This document shows, piece by piece, positions 14,238-23,450 of a DNA stretch of 27,196 nucleotides. The notes below the pieces were generated by a model, which searched no databases, was not told the DNA's origin, and worked only from the letters and a program-made list of their open reading frames with translations. The stretch comes from an uncultured virus (IMG/VR IMGVR_UViG_3300025070_000023) (taxonomy: Duplodnaviria > Heunggongvirae > Uroviricota > Caudoviricetes), in IMG/VR virus record IMGVR_UViG_3300025070_000023, one strand, 5' to 3'. The position numbers and the translations under genes are program-made. The stretch's first letter is position 1; every line of letters begins with the position of its first letter.

Positions 14238-15730
14238 TATTGAATGGAGAAGAAGTTAAACAAAAATTATTGGAAGGAATTAATATAGTGGCAAATACTG
14301 TGAGTCCTACTTTGGGGCCACAAGCCAAAACTGTTATTTTACAAGGTAATCCTCCTATAATAATTAACGATGGTGTAACTATTACTAAGCACATTTCTAG
14401 TGATGACCCGTATGTTCAAATGGGAATACAACTGGTTCAAAATCTAGCAAGTAAAGCACAAGAAGGTAGTGGTGATGGAACAACTACCGCTTGTATTCTT
14501 GCTCAAGCATTATGTCAAAATATGCCTATTGGTGGGGATTTGAAACCGCATCAATTTAATCTTCTAATAGAATATCTAAAAGAAGAGGCCATAGGTTATT
14601 TCAATGCTATTTCCACAAAGGTAGAAAATGAAGACATACTTAATGTTGCCACTATAGCGGCTAACAATGATGCTGAAATGGGTAAATTAATACAAGAGGC
14701 ATTAAATGAAGTTGGTAGAGATGGCATAGTTACCGTTGAAGAATCAAATAACTATCAAACTAATCTAGTTGTTAGAGAAGGAATGGAAATAACCGAGGGC
14801 TATCTAAGTCATTTAATGTGCAATACTGATTCCGGTAGAGTAGAATATAATGACCCTCTAGTATTTATGTCAAATATTCCATTTAGAAACTTCAAGGATA
14901 TTATTCCTCTTTTAGAATATTCTTCTGCTAAGTCTAAGCCTCTTGTTATTATGTGCAAAGGCATGGAAGGTTCAGCGTTGAATAACCTCATAATGAATTT
15001 AATTAACCAAACAGTACAGTGTGCTGTAGTATTAGCCCCTAATTTTGGAGATGCTCAAATAGATGAATTAGGAGATATTCAATCTTTAATTGGCGGTAGA
15101 GTTTTCAATCACGAAAGTAAAGATGACCCTGCTTCTTTTACTGAACTAGATTTAGGAACCTGTAGTAAGTTGATAATTACTAAAGAAACTACAACCTTTA
15201 TTGGTGGTGAAGGAGAAACAGAAGAAAGAATCAAATCTCTAAAGGGAGCATTAGAAGGAATGAAGGGTCACGATGCCGCTAGAATCAAAGCAAGAATTGC
15301 TAGACTAAAAGGCGGTGTAGCCACTATTCAAGTCGGTGCTTCTTCATCTATTGAAATGAGGGAAAAGAAAGAAAGATTAGACGATGCTCTTAATGCTACA
15401 AAGGCCGCATTAGAAGAAGGCATTGTAGTCGGTGGCGGTATGCCATTTGTAAATTTCGCAAATGAATATAAAGAAAAGATACCGCATTGGTTTTATCAAT
15501 CTTTATTACAGCCTTGTAGACAACTACACTACAATAGCGGGCATCACCCTGTAGGAATAGAAGAATGGAAAGGTGAAACTGGATTTAATGCTCTAACAGA
15601 TAGAGTGGATAATCTAGCAATAGCGGGAGTTTATGACCCTGTTAAAGTAACCAAAAATAGTTTCTTAGCGGCTATGTCAATTGCTCAATTGTTTTATACA
15701 ACAGATGTAGCGGTATTGTTGGAGGAATGA
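14234..15730 (+). CDS. groEL: Group I chaperonin GroEL
   Basis: TLGP, NDGVTI, GDGTTT, VTVEES, APxFGD, RIARLKGGVA, EKKERLDDALNATKAALEEGIVVGGG, DPVKV. Confidence 0.97.
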   Translation: MILNGEEVKQKLLEGINIVANTVSPTLGPQAKTVILQGNPPIIINDGVTITKHISSDDPYVQMGIQLVQNLASKAQEGSGDGTTTACILAQALCQNMPIGGDLKPHQFNLLIEYLKEEAIGYFNAISTKVENEDILNVATIAANNDAEMGKLIQEALNEVGRDGIVTVEESNNYQTNLVVREGMEITEGYLSHLMCNTDSGRVEYNDPLVFMSNIPFRNFKDIIPLLEYSSAKSKPLVIMCKGMEGSALNNLIMNLINQTVQCAVVLAPNFGDAQIDELGDIQSLIGGRVFNHESKDDPASFTELDLGTCSKLIITKETTTFIGGEGETEERIKSLKGALEGMKGHDAARIKARIARLKGGVATIQVGASSSIEMREKKERLDDALNATKAALEEGIVVGGGMPFVNFANEYKEKIPHWFYQSLLQPCRQLHYNSGHHPVGIEEWKGETGFNALTDRVDNLAIAGVYDPVKVTKNSFLAAMSIAQLFYTTDVAVLLEE

Positions 15731-15732
15731 GA

Positions 15733-15825
15733 ATGGAATGTCCTAACTGTGGTAGAGATATGTCTAAGTATTATGCTAGAAGGTATAATGAGTGTAAGAT
15801 ATGTTTAGAAGGTGAAAGTAAATGA
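15733..15825 (+). CDS. Zn-finger microprotein, 30 aa (not in ORF track)
   Basis: MECPNCGRDMSKYYARRYNECKICLEGESK; GGAGG RBS; ATGA overlap with the next gene. Confidence 0.65.
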   Translation: MECPNCGRDMSKYYARRYNECKICLEGESK

Positions 15826-16037
15826 TAACAGCAGATGATTGGCAAGGGGAATATAGAGGAATAACATATGAAATATCCGCAGAAAATAAGGTTAGCAAAC
15901 CTTTTCTAAAGATATTATTTTATGAAGGAGATGACCCTTCTTTTGACATAGAACATCATGGCTATTGCCATACTCTAAGACAAGCACATAAAATCGCTAA
16001 ACAAATTATAGATGAAGAATTAGGTGATGAAGTTTGA
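15822..16037 (+). CDS. Hypothetical protein
   Basis: GGTGA RBS; overlapping start and stop codons. Confidence 0.7.
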   Translation: MITADDWQGEYRGITYEISAENKVSKPFLKILFYEGDDPSFDIEHHGYCHTLRQAHKIAKQIIDEELGDEV

Positions 16038-16432
16038 AAAAGAAAGCAATAACAGTAACACTACCTGCTCCACACAAATCACAAATCAAATGCCCTATTT
16101 GCGAGGGTAATAAGTGCCATGTTTGTAAAATGACGGGAACGCTAAAAATAGATGTAGCCCCGAAAATACCAATTCAAAGAGCGCATATTGTCAAGTATGT
16201 TGTAGATAATATTCATGACATAGCGGGGGAGATAACTAGGATGTATGGATTAGTTCCGGAAATCAACACACAAGAAGTAATTGTTGTTAATGAAGGGCAA
16301 TATGAGGTAGTCCAAGTATCTTCTTTAGGTGGAGCATGTTGGGTAGTAAATAGATTAGATTCTTTAGAATCACCAAGATACTTCAAGTCTAGGAGTGAAC
16401 TAGATAAATTCAAACAGGGGTGGATGAATTGA
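16034..16432 (+). CDS. Protein with DnaJ-like Zn finger
   Basis: CPICEGNKCHVCKMTG. Confidence 0.75.
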   Translation: MKKKAITVTLPAPHKSQIKCPICEGNKCHVCKMTGTLKIDVAPKIPIQRAHIVKYVVDNIHDIAGEITRMYGLVPEINTQEVIVVNEGQYEVVQVSSLGGACWVVNRLDSLESPRYFKSRSELDKFKQGWMN

Positions 16433-16623
16433 CTCTAGAAAAAATAGGTTCTATTATTAGAAATGAAAAGATAGAATATGTTGTTAAAAAAGGCAGATGG
16501 ACAATCTACGATGTAATAGACATAAGACAACATGAAAACGATAAACCCTCGGTAAGAGGTCTTCGCCTAAATAGAGACGAAGCAAAATTACTATTACAGA
16601 TATTAAAAGAGGAATTAGAATGA
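16420..16623 (+). CDS. PC4/p15-like ssDNA-binding protein
   Basis: VIDIRQH...KPSVRGLRLNRDEAKLLLQIL matches the PC4 DIR...P..KGI.L...E...L pattern. Confidence 0.7.
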   Translation: MDELTLEKIGSIIRNEKIEYVVKKGRWTIYDVIDIRQHENDKPSVRGLRLNRDEAKLLLQILKEELE

Positions 16624-16901
16624 CAGAAAGAGAGATACACAAAAGATTAAGTGAAGTACAAGCAAAGAAAAGTGTTCGTAAAGCAAACAAAGACCGACAA
16701 TATGCTCACGGAGCATTACCTAAATTTATAGGTTGTTCTAGTAAAATAGTAGATTTATTTGCTAAATATGTAGAACAAGAAATGAAAGTACCTGCCGGTG
16801 GCGGTAGGGGTTGTAGGGTTAAAGATACCCACATAGAGTTATGTTACGGTAAGTTTTACCAAGCCATGAGAGAATTTATGGATGGTGAACAAAATGAATA
16901 A
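16620..16901 (+). CDS. Hypothetical protein, possible divergent histone fold
   Basis: Short helix, loop, ~28-residue helix, GRGCRVKDTHIELCY ending. Confidence 0.55.
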   Translation: MTEREIHKRLSEVQAKKSVRKANKDRQYAHGALPKFIGCSSKIVDLFAKYVEQEMKVPAGGGRGCRVKDTHIELCYGKFYQAMREFMDGEQNE

Positions 16902-17250
16902 GTTATTTTTGATAACCACCAATGATAAGAAATTTCATGAGTGGGCTAAGAAAGCAAAGAAGACCCTAAAGGGGCAAGAGACTGCATTAGATGCCTTTAA
17001 TCAAGCATACGGAGAAGTCTCCGGTGGTAATTATTTAGTTAGGGCATCTTTTGTTTGTTATTGGGAAATATACACAAGTAACGACTTAGCAAGACTTGCA
17101 CCCGCTATTACTCAAGCAACTATGATTCATATGTTACACAGGTTCGCTGAACAAAATAAATTAGAAGAAGTGCAAGTAGTAGAACAACTGATATCGAACT
17201 TTATTCGCCTATTGGTTAATTTAGATGGTGAATCTAATGAAGAAGAGTGA
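16894..17250 (+). CDS. Hypothetical helical protein
   Basis: GGTGA RBS before ATG 16894. Confidence 0.75.
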   Translation: MNKLFLITTNDKKFHEWAKKAKKTLKGQETALDAFNQAYGEVSGGNYLVRASFVCYWEIYTSNDLARLAPAITQATMIHMLHRFAEQNKLEEVQVVEQLISNFIRLLVNLDGESNEEE

Positions 17251-17407
17251 ATGGATTTACTTAGCAAACGCTATGTGGACATATTCAGAAAAGAATGAAG
17301 GTGAGATATCCCGCCTTCTAAAAGAAGTGGTTATTAGATTAAATAAAAATATGGAAGTGATTATAGATGACATGGGAAATAATGAGCCGAATGTTAGAAT
17401 CAAATGA
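17237..17407 (+). CDS. Hypothetical small protein
   Basis: GGTGA RBS before ATG 17237. Confidence 0.55.
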   Translation: MKKSEWIYLANAMWTYSEKNEGEISRLLKEVVIRLNKNMEVIIDDMGNNEPNVRIK

Positions 17408-18899
17408 TTCTATCGCACAAACACAGCAAATAAATGGAATAGTTAGAAGTTTGAAAATGTCAGTATTGACTCCAAGTGGAGTATTGCCTATATTAGATAA
17501 AGATAATTTGCCAAGCAATAATATTGGATTATCTAGGGCAAAGAAATGGCTAGCAAAAATCTTTCAAGTCTTTGAAAGTGAAATTGATGGTCTTTATGCC
17601 GCACATAATTGCTTAGGTTCCGCTATTTATTATTTAGAGCCTTCAGCAGAATATAAAAAACAGTATTCTCTAAAACAGATATATAATTTATTAATAATGG
17701 ACACCGGAACGATTGATTCTAATTGCTTCAAACTACTAGAGGAAATACTACCGAATATGTCTGCTAATGCTAGACAATGGTTTGTTAGATATTGGATTAG
17801 GAAACCTAGAAATGGAATCAACGAGGGAATAGTAACTAAAATACTGGCCAAGCACTACAATAAACCTGTAAAAGAAGTTAAGAAACATCTTAATTTTAAT
17901 AGTTTAGATGTAGTGACATCTCATTACAATGCTTCGAGAAACCCCCCATGTAATTTAACACACGGTAAATTTGTAAAGCCAATGTTGGCCAAAGAAGTTC
18001 CTATGGACAAGTGGCCTACAAATAGAATTGTAGATTACAAATATGATGGTAATAGATATCAAATACATAAGCAAGGTGATAATGTAATTATCTTCAATCG
18101 GAAAGGTTCTATTGTTACACCACAGTTTCAAGATGTAGTAGAATCAGTTAGAGAATATTATGTTGATTGTATTCTAGACGGAGAGATTTATCCAATTAAA
18201 GATGATGGTTCACCTGCTGAACATAAACTAATGGGAACAAGAGTCCATTCTAAGAACCATGCAGAAGCAAGAGAAAGGGTCGCTGTTAAATGGGTTATTT
18301 TTGATTGCCTAAAAATCGGATTAGAAACTATAATGGAATTACCCTACTCTAAAAGAGTGCTAAAAATGTCTAAATTACCCGACCAAGCACACAGAATGGC
18401 CGAAGATGGTGACACATTAGCATTCTATAACCAAGCCATTAATGATGGATTTGAGGGCATCATAGTTAAAGATTCATCACTACCTTATGAAGCAGGAAAG
18501 CGAAGTATTGGATGGGCTAAGTATAAGCCACCTAGAATAAATCTTGATGTTGTGATTGTTAAGGCTAAATATGGCCAAGGCATTAGGTCAAATGTATTTG
18601 GAACATTTGAGATAGCAGTTAAGAATGATACTGAATTTGTTTCCGTCGGGAGTGTCGGTTCGGGATTTAGCGATGAAGATTTAATTAAACTAACAAATAC
18701 ATTAAGAAGAAATGTTATTTCGTTTGAGAATAAAACATTTGAGTTAGCACCTAAAGTTATTCTAGAAGTTACTGCTGATTTAGTTTCTAGAGATGAGAAC
18801 AATAACTTAGGATTAAGATTCCCAAGATGTATTAGAATTAGGGATGATAAGTTTGTTGCTGATATTAATACATTAAGAGATGTGGAGGCATTAGAATGA
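17367..18899 (+). CDS. lig: ATP-dependent DNA ligase
   Basis: KPMLA, motif I KYDGNRYQIH, ILDGEI, FDCL, EGIIVK, WAKYK, VGSGFSD, LRFPR...IRDDK. Confidence 0.97.
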   Translation: MTWEIMSRMLESNDSIAQTQQINGIVRSLKMSVLTPSGVLPILDKDNLPSNNIGLSRAKKWLAKIFQVFESEIDGLYAAHNCLGSAIYYLEPSAEYKKQYSLKQIYNLLIMDTGTIDSNCFKLLEEILPNMSANARQWFVRYWIRKPRNGINEGIVTKILAKHYNKPVKEVKKHLNFNSLDVVTSHYNASRNPPCNLTHGKFVKPMLAKEVPMDKWPTNRIVDYKYDGNRYQIHKQGDNVIIFNRKGSIVTPQFQDVVESVREYYVDCILDGEIYPIKDDGSPAEHKLMGTRVHSKNHAEARERVAVKWVIFDCLKIGLETIMELPYSKRVLKMSKLPDQAHRMAEDGDTLAFYNQAINDGFEGIIVKDSSLPYEAGKRSIGWAKYKPPRINLDVVIVKAKYGQGIRSNVFGTFEIAVKNDTEFVSVGSVGSGFSDEDLIKLTNTLRRNVISFENKTFELAPKVILEVTADLVSRDENNNLGLRFPRCIRIRDDKFVADINTLRDVEALE

Positions 18900-19333
18900 T
18901 AGAAGTAGGAGACATGACAATAATAGGCACAACAACATACCGTTGTATTAGAATAGATAGTGATAATAATGTCTATCTTAAAAACATATTACATGATAAA
19001 GGTAGACCGCTAGTACATATAAGAGAACTATGCCCTTACATTAAAGATAATGAGTTAGTTATTCCGGAACAACCAAAGAAGAAGAGAATGGTGACTAGAA
19101 TAAACATATCTAAGATTGTAAAAGAAAGCACTGAAATGACAGTATCGAATACAGCAAAGCGATTTTTAGTAGAATGGGTAGATACCGCAGTTGCTAATCT
19201 AATAGCAAACGGTGAGAAAAATGCTATAAGTCGTGGCAAGAAACGAATAACAGCCGCAGACCTTTTTTGGCTAGAAACAAATAATCTACCCGAAGGATAT
19301 TGGAAAGACAATGAAGTCTATTTTAAGGAGTAA
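18896..19333 (+). CDS. Histone-fold protein with an extra N-terminal domain
   Basis: ISKIVKESTEMTVSNTAKRFLVEWVDTAVANLIANGEKNAISRGKKRITAADL aligns with HMf-type VS..A...L...A..AGRKTIKAEDI. Confidence 0.75.
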   Translation: MIEVGDMTIIGTTTYRCIRIDSDNNVYLKNILHDKGRPLVHIRELCPYIKDNELVIPEQPKKKRMVTRINISKIVKESTEMTVSNTAKRFLVEWVDTAVANLIANGEKNAISRGKKRITAADLFWLETNNLPEGYWKDNEVYFKE

Positions 19334-19338
19334 TCGCC

Positions 19339-19698
19339 ATGTATGATGATGAAACTATCGTTGAATGGATAGATAGGTATGGTAATGCCACTAGTTTCAA
19401 CTTCATAGTTTATGGAATAATAAAAGATGAGGATATTAATATGTTAATGAGAGGAGTAATGTTTCAATTGTTAATGGACAAACAAAGTATCGCTGCCCCA
19501 TGGATTGTAACAGATGAAATTGATGAAGAAAAGGCTGTTGCTATGAAAACATTTCAAGGAATGAGCGTATCTTTTGTTTTCGGTGGGGAAGTTCTAATGA
19601 TAGAAGACACTATCAAGAAATTAGTTTCGGACGGGTTAGATTACTTGAGATTTAAGAACGAATATTTGGGATATCATTTGTGTGATAGTCATGTATAG
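19339..19698 (+). CDS. Hypothetical acidic protein
   Basis: AAGGAG RBS; packed in the operon. Confidence 0.75.
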   Translation: MYDDETIVEWIDRYGNATSFNFIVYGIIKDEDINMLMRGVMFQLLMDKQSIAAPWIVTDEIDEEKAVAMKTFQGMSVSFVFGGEVLMIEDTIKKLVSDGLDYLRFKNEYLGYHLCDSHV

Positions 19699-20086
19699 TA
19701 AAGATATGATAGTAGGAATTCTATTGAGTAAAGGTAATTTTTGCGTTTCTATCCAAGAAAACAAGAGATATTCCATAGGATATAAAATAAATCCTAGCAT
19801 AACAATAAGAGGAAACATAAGTTTCTTACAGGCGATTAGTCGTTCTTTGAAACAACATGCAATAGAGTCCAAGATAAAAGAAAGGGAATCTAACAACAGC
19901 CCAAGACCCATATTAAAAATAACTGGGTTAATTAACATAACAAACACAATAGTGTTAATTCCAGATTTACCTGACGCTAACGATAACTTAGAGGGTTTTA
20001 AACAAGCACTAAAAATCATAATTGAAGGCAAGCATAAACAATTAACTGGATTAGAATTAATAATGAAACTAAAGGGAGTTTTATAA
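19691..20086 (+). CDS. Single-motif LAGLIDADG-like protein
   Basis: IVGILLSKGNFCVSIQ...GYKINPSITI..., C-terminal KH...GLE.I..LK pattern of LAGLIDADG domains. Confidence 0.7.
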   Translation: MYSKDMIVGILLSKGNFCVSIQENKRYSIGYKINPSITIRGNISFLQAISRSLKQHAIESKIKERESNNSPRPILKITGLINITNTIVLIPDLPDANDNLEGFKQALKIIIEGKHKQLTGLELIMKLKGVL

Positions 20087-20955
20087 TGGGATTAAAAAAT
20101 ATAAATAAAATAAGAGCAATATTATTAGTAGGAAAAACAGGAACGGGTAAAACAACAAAAGCGAAAACATTTGTTAATGACCCTATTATTTTTTATGGTA
20201 GTGATGAAATAGATTTTGATTTAGGTTCATTTCCAGTGGACAGGGGAATCATCATAGAAGACATACATTACAAACCTCGAAAGGATATGATAAAGAATAT
20301 CATAAGACAGTATCGTGGTCAAGTGGTTTTAACTTCTATAAATAAAAAATCTGTTAAATGGGTTCACTCTATGTGTCAAGTAAAATTAGCAGGTTCTACT
20401 AAGTATTTAGAAAACGAAATAAAACAAGTAGCACCGAATAGTGAGCCTCCTATGCTTATGGAAAAGGGAGAGTTTGAATTAATCTATCCATTTATGAAAA
20501 GCAAGAATAGAGACAAGATTAAGGATTTGCTTCTTTACAATGAGCCGAAAGATTACAGCATACTAAATTTATTAGTCCAAGTATTACACCCGACTAGATT
20601 GATTTTGATAGACTCTACTGTAAAGAGAAGGTGGCATAAAAGATATTTTTATGAAATGTTAGCCTATTGCCATGAAGGTGGCGGTGTGGCAGTTATACCT
20701 AGAGGAAAACCTAGAACTGATAAAGCAAAGGAAGATAAAAGACTGAAAGATAACTTTCGTAGTTTATCTAGAAAACTGAAAGTGAAAGATGTTAGAGTCT
20801 TTCAGCAACTATGTAAAGATAATATGTTGAAAGACCATTTCAAGAAGACGCTATCGCATAGCGAATGTAGGCTTCTTAGTTTGGGAGAAAAGAAGAAGCC
20901 CAAAAAGAAACAAAAAATAAAAGTAAAACAAATGAGTATAGAGGAATTTTTATGA
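20086..20955 (+). CDS. rfcL: Clamp-loader large subunit (RFC-L)-like AAA+ ATPase
   Basis: Walker A GKTGTGKT, Walker B-like IIIED, Lys-rich tail ending in a PIP-box-like QMSIEEFL; next to RFC-S. Confidence 0.7.
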   Translation: MGLKNINKIRAILLVGKTGTGKTTKAKTFVNDPIIFYGSDEIDFDLGSFPVDRGIIIEDIHYKPRKDMIKNIIRQYRGQVVLTSINKKSVKWVHSMCQVKLAGSTKYLENEIKQVAPNSEPPMLMEKGEFELIYPFMKSKNRDKIKDLLLYNEPKDYSILNLLVQVLHPTRLILIDSTVKRRWHKRYFYEMLAYCHEGGGVAVIPRGKPRTDKAKEDKRLKDNFRSLSRKLKVKDVRVFQQLCKDNMLKDHFKKTLSHSECRLLSLGEKKKPKKKQKIKVKQMSIEEFL

Positions 20956-21197
20956 AAAATAAATGGATGCATATAAGAATAAAAGAAATGTTAAAAGATA
21001 AAGAATTAACCACAGGGCAAATCAAAGACAACCTTTGGAATGCCAAGACTAAGAAAGGCACTCCGGTAAAGAAAGGGATGCCATCTACACATCAATTACA
21101 AATGCTTCTTAGAATACATTATGAGAAAGCAGGATTTTGTAATCAAGTGACACAAACAATATGGAGGAATAGAAATGTTATGGACAGAAAAATATAG
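20952..21197 (+). CDS. Small basic winged-helix-like protein
   Basis: LTTGQIKDNL...PSTHQLQMLL...TIW pattern. Confidence 0.6.
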   Translation: MKNKWMHIRIKEMLKDKELTTGQIKDNLWNAKTKKGTPVKKGMPSTHQLQMLLRIHYEKAGFCNQVTQTIWRNRNVMDRKI

Positions 21198-22083
21198 ACC
21201 AAGTAAATTAGAACACATTATCGGACAAGAGCATTTTGTATTAGATGCTAAAACATGGGTAGAAGAAAACAATATGCCTAATGTTTTACTTTATGGTAAT
21301 GCAGGTAACGGAAAAACAGGAGCAGGAATAGTTTTAGGAAAAGAAATACTGAAAGATAGTTTCAAAGAAAACTTCTATGAAGTAAATGCTTCCGATGACA
21401 GAAGATTGGAAATGGTTAGAACTACTATCAAAGAAGTAGCGCAAAGCCGTTCAATAGGAGGTGTTCCTTTCAAAATTATGTTGTTAGATGAAATGGATGG
21501 AATGACCGGAGACGCACAAAATGCTTTGAAAAGAATTATGGAAAGATATTCGAATAATATTCGCTTTGTTATTACTTGTAATAATAGAAACAAAATTGTA
21601 TTTCCTATACAAAGTAGATGTGCTAATTATCATTTTAAACCATTAAGCAACAATTCGGTAAAACAAGTCTTAAAGTCTATTTTGTCAAAAGAGAACATTG
21701 ATAGGTTTTCGGATGAAGAATTAGACTCCTTTATATATGCTATGAATGGTGATATGAGGAGAGCGATAACCGAATTACAGGCCGCCAAGTCAAGTGGAAC
21801 TACACTCAAGAAACAAGTGTCGGCTTCACTAGATGACTTCAAAAAATTGATAATGAAAATGAATCAAAGAAATACTAGTGCATTAGGAGACATTCATGAT
21901 ATGATATACTACGGACTTTCAATGAAAGAAATATGTTTAGGATTACACGATGCTGTAATTGAAATGGATGAACTAGACAGCACTACTAAATTTAAATTCC
22001 TTAGAACTATAGGGGAAAGCGAATGGCGTTCCACTACTATGACCCCTAAAGTGCTAGCCTCATGGTTAGTTGGAAATATATAG
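21175..22083 (+). CDS. rfcS: Replication factor C small subunit
   Basis: WTEKYRP, GNAGNGKT, EVNASDDR, LLDEMD, AQNALKRIME, IQSRC, GDMRRAI. Confidence 0.97.
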   Translation: MLWTEKYRPSKLEHIIGQEHFVLDAKTWVEENNMPNVLLYGNAGNGKTGAGIVLGKEILKDSFKENFYEVNASDDRRLEMVRTTIKEVAQSRSIGGVPFKIMLLDEMDGMTGDAQNALKRIMERYSNNIRFVITCNNRNKIVFPIQSRCANYHFKPLSNNSVKQVLKSILSKENIDRFSDEELDSFIYAMNGDMRRAITELQAAKSSGTTLKKQVSASLDDFKKLIMKMNQRNTSALGDIHDMIYYGLSMKEICLGLHDAVIEMDELDSTTKFKFLRTIGESEWRSTTMTPKVLASWLVGNI

Positions 22084-22123
22084 AATTGGAGCAAAAAAAA
22101 AATAACACAAGGAGTGAAAATAT

Positions 22124-23341
22124 ATGAACGAAGATATGAAAAACGAAATAGCAAAAAGCGCACAATACATCGGTATGAGCGTCGAAGAAGCAGAAGCAAA
22201 GTTTGCAGAAGTATGCGAACAAAATGGTATTGAACCAACAAACCCTATAGCAAAGGGTATTTGGCGAAACTATGTTGCTAATGCAAGAAGAAGCCAAGAG
22301 ACGAAAGAAACCAAAGATTCGGGTGAATCATGGTATAAAGCGGCATTTGGATTCTTTGTTTCTTTAGACGCACCTAGAGATAGTATGGCATGGAACAGAA
22401 TGAAAGCACAAGAAGAATACCTAAGAAATGAAGATAATGCTTTAGAGAAAGGTATTGTTGCTGTTGCTGTAGAAAATGCATTAGGAAAATATACTGTATC
22501 TAGATACCATAATGGTGAATATAGAGAAAAGGTAATGCCGGAACTCCCCGAAGGGGCAGTAACATTAGAAGATGGAAGAATCTATATTCCACTTGATTCT
22601 ACTGAATCTTATATGAGTGGTGAAAAGAATCAAAACTATGGTAGACCTCTACCTGCTCAATTGATGAGAAGAAGTGGAATTTTCTTTGGCTCAATTGGAG
22701 TTAATGGTGAAATGAAACCATATTATTTCTCTTACAAAGGACAAGCGGGAGTTGATTTTGCTCCTAATACTTTTGAATGGGTGCATTTCCTTTGTGTAGC
22801 AAATGATAATGGAACAGACCTTTATGGTGCAAAGGACTTAACTGTTAATAGTTTGAGCCTAAATGGTGAAATGAATCCTGACAATGATTTGTTTAGAGAT
22901 ATGTCAAACTTTAGTTTTGAAGATTGTCTAAAAGAACATTTCAAGAGTAATCTAATACCGTTGGTTGATATGGACAAGGAACATATTGTTAGGCAATCTT
23001 TGCCTGTCAAAGAAAGATTCATTGTTACAGATGGAACAGTTTGTAATATGAATATGACTCCTACATCTAACGGTAATAGAATCATTAACCTTACAGACTT
23101 AGATGCTGAATTGGATTATGAAAGTGATTCGGGAACAACAACTTGTTGGATTCCGGAACATCTAACTTTAGATTTCGGCATAGGTTCTACAGTTATTGTT
23201 GTTGGAAGAACCAGTCAATCAATTAATGATGAAGGAACTCAACCTGCTACACTAAATGTTTCGGGGCTTTATTGCACTGAAAAGCATGGTTCAGCAATAG
23301 AAGTATCTCAACCAGTGGAGTCTAACTTTGATTGGTTTTGA
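22124..23341 (+). CDS. Probable OB-fold single-stranded DNA-binding protein (RPA-like)
   Basis: C-terminal OB-like strands (IVTDGTV...RIINLTD...GIGSTVIVVGRT), acidic/aromatic tail ESNFDWF, location in the replication cluster. Confidence 0.6.
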   Translation: MNEDMKNEIAKSAQYIGMSVEEAEAKFAEVCEQNGIEPTNPIAKGIWRNYVANARRSQETKETKDSGESWYKAAFGFFVSLDAPRDSMAWNRMKAQEEYLRNEDNALEKGIVAVAVENALGKYTVSRYHNGEYREKVMPELPEGAVTLEDGRIYIPLDSTESYMSGEKNQNYGRPLPAQLMRRSGIFFGSIGVNGEMKPYYFSYKGQAGVDFAPNTFEWVHFLCVANDNGTDLYGAKDLTVNSLSLNGEMNPDNDLFRDMSNFSFEDCLKEHFKSNLIPLVDMDKEHIVRQSLPVKERFIVTDGTVCNMNMTPTSNGNRIINLTDLDAELDYESDSGTTTCWIPEHLTLDFGIGSTVIVVGRTSQSINDEGTQPATLNVSGLYCTEKHGSAIEVSQPVESNFDWF

Positions 23342-23450
23342 TTAAATTCCGAAGGGCTTGAAATACCCTTTCATAACAAGTGTAAGTGTGAACTTGTGGG
23401 AAAAATTGATGCTCAACTAGGTGCGAAGCCTATCCTTATGAGGAATAAAC

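Noticed and set aside
23342..23450. Short hairpins after the SSB-like gene as a tRNA or ncRNA
   Set aside because: Stems are short and there is no cloverleaf or T-loop consensus; at most a terminator or processing signal
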